A stretch of 64,000 nt of DNA from Calditrichaceae bacterium (GTDB taxonomy: Bacteria; Calditrichota; Calditrichia; Calditrichales; JBFXGD01), in the NCBI GenBank assembly GCA_050173015.1, contig JBFXLE010000024.1:1-64000 (forward strand). Direction: 5' to 3'. Under the pieces are notes generated by a model. That model saw only the letters and a program-made list of their open reading frames with translations, was not told the DNA's origin and ran no database searches. How positions within the stretch are numbered: the stretch's first letter is position 1; every line of letters begins with the position of its first letter. Positions 58,807-64,000 of the stretch are shown in pieces. The position numbers and the translations under genes were made by a program.

Positions 58807-58843
58807 AAAATGAGGCTGCCCCAAAAACAAGGGGCCAGCCTCT
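58807..58843 (-). terminator. Intrinsic terminator after the island gene
   Basis: GAGGCTG-CCCC...GGGG-c-CAGCCTC with an A-tract on the left. Confidence 0.7.
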
Positions 58844-58849
58844 ATAATT

Positions 58850-61800
58850 TCTAATGAATACATATCGTAAATTTAGGGTCATAGCCAGTGATTATTTTGC
58901 AAAAATCATCTTTTTTAAAACCCTTAAGTTATTGCCTGCAGAAAGTTCATAGATATAGACCCCACTTGCAACGGTATGTCCGACTTCGTTTCGTCCGTTC
59001 CATTCGATTTCATGATAACCCTTTTCATAATATCCATCAACCAACGTAATTATCTTTTGTCCTGTTACTGAATAAATTGTTAATTTAACCTGTAAATTTT
59101 CAGGCAAGCCAAATTTGATATTAGTAGTCGGATTGAAAGGATTTGGGTAATTTTCACTAAGATTTAGTGTCTGAGGAAATTGTTCATCTGGATTTTCCGA
59201 AGGCGAAAAAATTTCTCCACTCCGTACTGTTACAAATTTTGTTGCACTTTCCGTTTGTGTTCCAGAAGTGACTGTACAACGTATATAAAAATCCGAATAA
59301 GCTGTAACAGTAACAGATTGAGAACTGCCTTTACTGGTCCAAATAGACGATGTAGCCGATCGAGTCTCCCAAAGATAACTATAAGTTCCGGTTCCTCCAC
59401 TAACATCTGCAGTATATGTCCCGCTCGCACTTGGCGTTGGTCTATAAAGTAATCCTGAAGAAGTATAGATGATTGATGGGCCTAAGATATTCAGTTCTAT
59501 GGGAGGATAATTAGGTATTGCAGGTAAACCGCCAGCATCGTTATATACAGGCACATAATTTTTAACAATCTTCAAAGGCTCTACATCATAAGCAGCGCCT
59601 ATTGGCTGCAAAACAAGCCTCAGAGCAATTGATCTTGTGAAGTCATCAAAATTATATCCTAAATTTTCATCACAATTTGTACCACTATATGTCTCCGAAT
59701 GTATAAAGTAATAAAAATCATCAAGTGTTTTGAAAGAACTAATATCACTTTCTTCCATCACATGAGATGCCTCTTTAGAAATGATACTAAAAATTTGTGG
59801 ATTCACAATAATTTCCAAATTTTGATCAATTTTAATCTGAATATCTGAATTCCATGGACATTCATCATCCCATTGGTCATACCCTCCACCAGCATCCTGA
59901 TAGTAAGAAGTGATAGGCTGGTGATATGAGTTGAAAACACCCAAGGGAATTTCATACAGGGGATATGAATTATCCATCTTTGCCCCATCTATATCATCAA
60001 TAATACACCCTGGCAGATAAAAGCTTATGTCATGCAAATCAAAATTTGCTACCATATTACCTTCAAGAGATATCCTTCTGGGGAGACTGGCAATTGCCAA
60101 TGGAAGAGATTCGCTTTGACTTGAACCACCTCCAGAAAAATAATTAATGACACTGGTAATTGGCCCCAAAGCAGGAATCCAATCTTGTACCGCAAAGTTT
60201 GCTATATTTGCAAAAACATCCGCCCACCAAGGATCACCGGGGTAATTTAAGTAATATAATAACATGGCTTCGTAATTAGTCTGCGCTGTTGTAAGACTTT
60301 TAAATTCTTTAGAAATGTCTTCGAAAAGATCAATACTCGAACCAGCAGTTCTTGTCAAACTTGAAAGGGTATTTGAACCTACATTTTCACCCAACAGTGG
60401 GGAACCATCAAGTTGCACACCTGAAAGTTCACCATTGATTAATATATCGAATGAAGTATAACCCTCGATGTCAATATTAACCCCCACATGTCTTTTGGAA
60501 AATATATTCGGATCATATCCCATGACGTCGAAGTCTAAATAATTCCATCCATTTTGAAAATACTCCTTTTTTAACACATGTTTTTCAAGAGGATAGTCAT
60601 CAACATACCCTCCTCCTTCTACGGAATTAGTAAAAAGGGGGGAACTTTCTGAAAATGCAAATTTCATTGTACCAACTACATAGCTTACCTGATTACTATA
60701 ACTACCCCAAAAAAAGTACCTCAGAATCCCTCTGTATTTATTATAAAGGATGAAAAATGGTTGATCTACAACACGAGTCGGCGACCCAAAATCCCTTAGA
60801 AACAATACCCATCCATCTTTTGGATATATGTCTTTCACTCCATCATTAATAAACTCAAAATACAATGATCCACCCGTAGCATCATGAAATGGAAGTTGCT
60901 TTTGGATAGGTAATTGTCCAGAAATATACAGAGTATACGTTGCAGAGGGGTCAGAATACCAATCCCAACTTAGATCTCTTCTATCATCTTCAAGTGTACT
61001 AATCGTATTGAGTGTACCGAGTGAATTTGAGTATACAAAAGTAAATTGGGCCAAAAATAGCAAATAGAAACATATCAACTTTTTCATAAATACCTCTCAT
61101 CTAATGAGTAAATGTAATTATCAAAAGTAATTATTCACGCAAAGATAGAATTCTACGTAAAACCAGCCGTATAAATGTAATAATTAAATCTCATGGCTTT
61201 CACTCAAATGGATAGAACTTTGTATTGCCTCCCTCTAAGCTGAGACACTTATAAGGGTTAGTATATCCTGGGGGTACCCCCCTGGATATACTTTTCCGGC
61301 ATCCGATAATTTTGTATTTTCACTAAACCAATTAATAGGAGGTGCCATACACAATTCAAAATGGTCAATCAGCGAATGTAAATGACTGATAAATTAGATT
61401 AATCAGAATAACCCACTAAAAAGCCTAATTTATCTAAAAAAAAGCATAACAAATCGAGTAAATAAATACATTATCTACCAGATGCAATTTTTAGAATAAT
61501 TAATTTAGTGAATAAATCTTTAGAACTCTTATACTTTCAAAGGTCATATCTATGGATAACAAGTATTTTACAAGCCGCACAGGATAACCAAGCATACATT
61601 ACTTGCTAGCTAAAAATTTGAAAATAAATGCATTTCTGAATACAAGAAGATTTTTCTTAAAGAATAACTATGAATAACATAAATACTATAATCGTTATGT
61701 GCAACATAAAAAAATAATTGATTTAAATTGGCAATTTATAATATTTTGTTATGAGTATTTGTCAGATTTACAGGCACCGTGGGCAGGTTGCAAATACAAT

Positions 61801-61950
61801 AAAAATAGAAATATAAACTATCGAAAACAAAATATGTACATTTAATTACCGATTAATGTACATACTGTTCCATTTACCATAAAGCTTTTATATTTCATTT
61901 TAAGCTTGAATAAAATCTTTAGTGGATTGTTATTTAGAAGTATCTCTTCC
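58850..61950. other. AT-rich insert (probable horizontally acquired island) between two TBDR paralogs
   Basis: Visibly more AT-rich than the flanks, A/T-ending codons, about 860 bp without a convincing ORF; bounded by terminator hairpins. Confidence 0.6.
58892..61087 (-). CDS. Secreted hypothetical protein with Ig-like domain and T9SS/FlgD-type C-terminal domain (AT-rich)
   Basis: Signal peptide; 'DGWVLFLRDFG..PFFILYNKYRGILR'; 'SGGTGTYSYLW' Ig/PKD; 'LSENYPNPFNPTT..WNGRNE..ASGVYIY..KKMIFAK'. Confidence 0.85.
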   Translation of the reverse strand: MKKLICFYLLFLAQFTFVYSNSLGTLNTISTLEDDRRDLSWDWYSDPSATYTLYISGQLPIQKQLPFHDATGGSLYFEFINDGVKDIYPKDGWVLFLRDFGSPTRVVDQPFFILYNKYRGILRYFFWGSYSNQVSYVVGTMKFAFSESSPLFTNSVEGGGYVDDYPLEKHVLKKEYFQNGWNYLDFDVMGYDPNIFSKRHVGVNIDIEGYTSFDILINGELSGVQLDGSPLLGENVGSNTLSSLTRTAGSSIDLFEDISKEFKSLTTAQTNYEAMLLYYLNYPGDPWWADVFANIANFAVQDWIPALGPITSVINYFSGGGSSQSESLPLAIASLPRRISLEGNMVANFDLHDISFYLPGCIIDDIDGAKMDNSYPLYEIPLGVFNSYHQPITSYYQDAGGGYDQWDDECPWNSDIQIKIDQNLEIIVNPQIFSIISKEASHVMEESDISSFKTLDDFYYFIHSETYSGTNCDENLGYNFDDFTRSIALRLVLQPIGAAYDVEPLKIVKNYVPVYNDAGGLPAIPNYPPIELNILGPSIIYTSSGLLYRPTPSASGTYTADVSGGTGTYSYLWETRSATSSIWTSKGSSQSVTVTAYSDFYIRCTVTSGTQTESATKFVTVRSGEIFSPSENPDEQFPQTLNLSENYPNPFNPTTNIKFGLPENLQVKLTIYSVTGQKIITLVDGYYEKGYHEIEWNGRNEVGHTVASGVYIYELSAGNNLRVLKKMIFAK

Positions 61951-61986
61951 AAAAAAAATAAGACTGCCTATAGAAGACAGTCTTAT
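61951..61986 (-). terminator. Intrinsic terminator
   Basis: A-tract + ATAAGACTG...CAGTCTTAT. Confidence 0.85.
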
Positions 61987-62014
61987 ACTGACTAGTATGA
62001 ATTCTTACTATATG

Positions 62015-64000
62015 TTAGTAGATAAAAGTCAAGCCGACGTTGAATGTTCTCGGCAATCCAAAAAATACTTCAGCCGCGTCAGCTTGATGAGGGTTGTTAG
62101 GTATTATTCTTCCCTCAGACGAGCTATATACTCCCCAAGCATTATATGGGCTATTGTCGAGCGCGTCCTGAATATATTCGGTATCCAGCAGGTTGAATAT
62201 ATGCGCGTACATTTGAAGCTGAACGCCTTTCCAGTTCAACGGTATATTATAATTGGCATGGAAATCAAACACCGCGTAATCGGGCGCTTTCCAACTTTCA
62301 ACACCACGGTCTCCGCCGTCGGCAGGATACAATTCGTCAGTGCGTGAGAAAGGATCCCAGTCGGCGTAATGATCTCTGTTATATTTCATGACGACCTGAG
62401 CCATCAATCCTTTAACCGGGAAAATCGATCCGGCAAGCGCGAATTGTGTCTGCGGCGCGTCACCAACCTTTAAGTCTTTTACATAGTAGGTTTCTTCCTG
62501 ATCAACTGTGGCCGCGTCATAGTCTTTATATTTTCCGGTCACATCATCCGTATATTCCCAGTTGGCGATAGATGCCGCCGCGTCGAAACGGATAAGCGGG
62601 ATCGGCTGATAGGCTGCTTCCAGCTCCAGACCCATATGACGCTGATCCATACCGGTTAGAAAAATCAAGCCTTCTGATCCATCCTCATTCTGAACATATT
62701 TTGTGTTTGAGCGGTCGGCCCACATGGTATAATAGAAACTTCCCTTTAAGGTCAGCTTACCGTCAAAACCATGAAAATTAACGCCGGTTTCCACCGAGGT
62801 AAATTTCTCATTTTTTGGATCAGACGCTTTTGTGCCGTCACGATCATCGATCACAGCGTCAAAAATAGGCACTTTTGATACATAACCAAGATTTCCGTAA
62901 ACATCAACCGCGCTTGTCAGACGGTAGCTCGCCCCGCCCTTCAACTGAAATCCGTTGATATTATCGGTTTCCGCGGTCACCTCTTTTCCGTTGCCGTCAT
63001 CCAGAAAATGATTGACATAGGTATATTTGATGGTTGACCAGCCGTACGTGCCATAGGTGGTTAACTTATCTTTTGAATACTCGGCCTGACCGTAAAAGCC
63101 AAACCAGTCAACTGTGTTTGTAAACGAATAGTCAACCTTATCGCCCAATTTTCTCTGGCGCTGCGCCTCTGTCCAGAAGTCATTACTTTCATCATAAAAA
63201 TAATCTCCACCCAGCAGATCACGCACTTCACGGAAATGATCGATCTCAGCGGTACGCCAATCGATACCAACGCTGGTTTTCAGATTATCATTGACTTTGT
63301 AATAGGCTTTGGAAATAGCGCCGATGGTCCACTGTTCGTTCACACTGTTACGCAAAATACCTCTTGAACCCGTGGTTTGGGTATCATTACGCGCGATGGT
63401 GGCATCCCAGTCAACAATTCGTGAAGGATTTGAATTGTCCCACACCAGACTACCAAGTGTGCCCGAACCACCACCCGCGCCACCGGAATAATAAGCGATG
63501 GAATAGAGGCTTAATTTTTTGGACAACTGGGTGTACCAGTTTAGATTCACAATCGGCTTATGATAATAGTTTTCGCGTTCATTGATAAAATTTTCGTCAT
63601 AACGGTCATGGGTGCTGCCGTTCCAGTACTGTTTTCCTTTGTAGGATGAGCTGACCTTATTCCAGTTTTCATTATACTCGCGTCCAACTTCAAAATAATC
63701 CCCAAGCGCGGCTTCATCATAGTCATCCAGGTCTTTGGCGAAATCTTCGCTGTAAACACCGATATTCTGTTTGTAGGAATTCTGGCCGTGTCTTTGCGGG
63801 GCGCCCATTCCATAAAGTTCCAGGCGATTGTTGTTATTAATATTATAGCTGGCGCCAAAATAATATGCCCAGGCGTCTGTCCAGGTTTTATCAACAAGAC
63901 CGTCACCGGTTTTTCTTACAACACCGCCGGTGACCGCGTATTTACCGTCGATCAAGCCGGAATTGGCAATCAATGTGGATTTCAGAAAACCGTCATTGCC
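62015..64000 (-). CDS. TonB-dependent receptor (5'-truncated by the window edge), paralog of 55939-58539
   Basis: Frame stays open to 64000 (GNDGFLKSTL..); beta-barrel, 'ENYYHKP', 'APQ.H', 'IFNLLDTEY..PRTFNVGLTFIY'. Confidence 0.9.
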   Translation of the reverse strand, partial: GNDGFLKSTLIANSGLIDGKYAVTGGVVRKTGDGLVDKTWTDAWAYYFGASYNINNNNRLELYGMGAPQRHGQNSYKQNIGVYSEDFAKDLDDYDEAALGDYFEVGREYNENWNKVSSSYKGKQYWNGSTHDRYDENFINERENYYHKPIVNLNWYTQLSKKLSLYSIAYYSGGAGGGSGTLGSLVWDNSNPSRIVDWDATIARNDTQTTGSRGILRNSVNEQWTIGAISKAYYKVNDNLKTSVGIDWRTAEIDHFREVRDLLGGDYFYDESNDFWTEAQRQRKLGDKVDYSFTNTVDWFGFYGQAEYSKDKLTTYGTYGWSTIKYTYVNHFLDDGNGKEVTAETDNINGFQLKGGASYRLTSAVDVYGNLGYVSKVPIFDAVIDDRDGTKASDPKNEKFTSVETGVNFHGFDGKLTLKGSFYYTMWADRSNTKYVQNEDGSEGLIFLTGMDQRHMGLELEAAYQPIPLIRFDAAASIANWEYTDDVTGKYKDYDAATVDQEETYYVKDLKVGDAPQTQFALAGSIFPVKGLMAQVVMKYNRDHYADWDPFSRTDELYPADGGDRGVESWKAPDYAVFDFHANYNIPLNWKGVQLQMYAHIFNLLDTEYIQDALDNSPYNAWGVYSSSEGRIIPNNPHQADAAEVFFGLPRTFNVGLTFIY

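Noticed and set aside
58850-61950. Prophage or IS element
   Set aside because: No integrase, transposase, terminal inverted repeats or target duplication recognised
1-64000. Stop-codon reassignment or selenocysteine
   Set aside because: TAG, TGA and TAA all terminate conserved genes at expected lengths; no split conserved ORFs seen

Overview
A gene-dense bacterial chromosome segment, mostly on the minus strand. It is probably from an FCB-related lineage such as Calditrichota, KSB1 or Ignavibacteria; this is inferred from the T9SS-type C-terminal domains and gene order. The housekeeping blocks are cysS-ddl-gltX-dedA-ispF-like-queA-ruvBAC-yebC and gatB-gatA-tatA-pssA-psd-purC-purB-htrA-tal-truA. 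Energy and transport loci include an rseC-rnfBCDGEA operon, a 2-oxoacid:ferredoxin oxidoreductase operon with a beta-gamma fusion, a System I*-type ccmABCDEF cytochrome c maturation operon, and two paralogous TonB-dependent receptors separated by an AT-rich insert. The standout is the module at 14075-22481. A histidine kinase with a periplasmic CxxCH motif and an NtrC-family sigma54 activator face two tandem paralogous cassettes. Each cassette has paired GGGACA-N4-TGTCCC sites, a sigma54 promoter inside a Rex/CRP-like palindrome, a small Cys-rich receiver protein and a nine-CxxCH multiheme cytochrome. One cytochrome carries a T9SS-type C-terminal sorting domain and the other is a lipoprotein, which suggests a redox-regulated extracellular electron-transfer system exported via T9SS. 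Also notable are an IspF homolog lacking all three Zn ligands, an archaeal-like DGGGP-synthase-type prenyltransferase and a geranylgeranyl reductase. No rRNA, tRNA, CRISPR array or transposase was recognised. All calls come from reading motifs by eye, without database searches.
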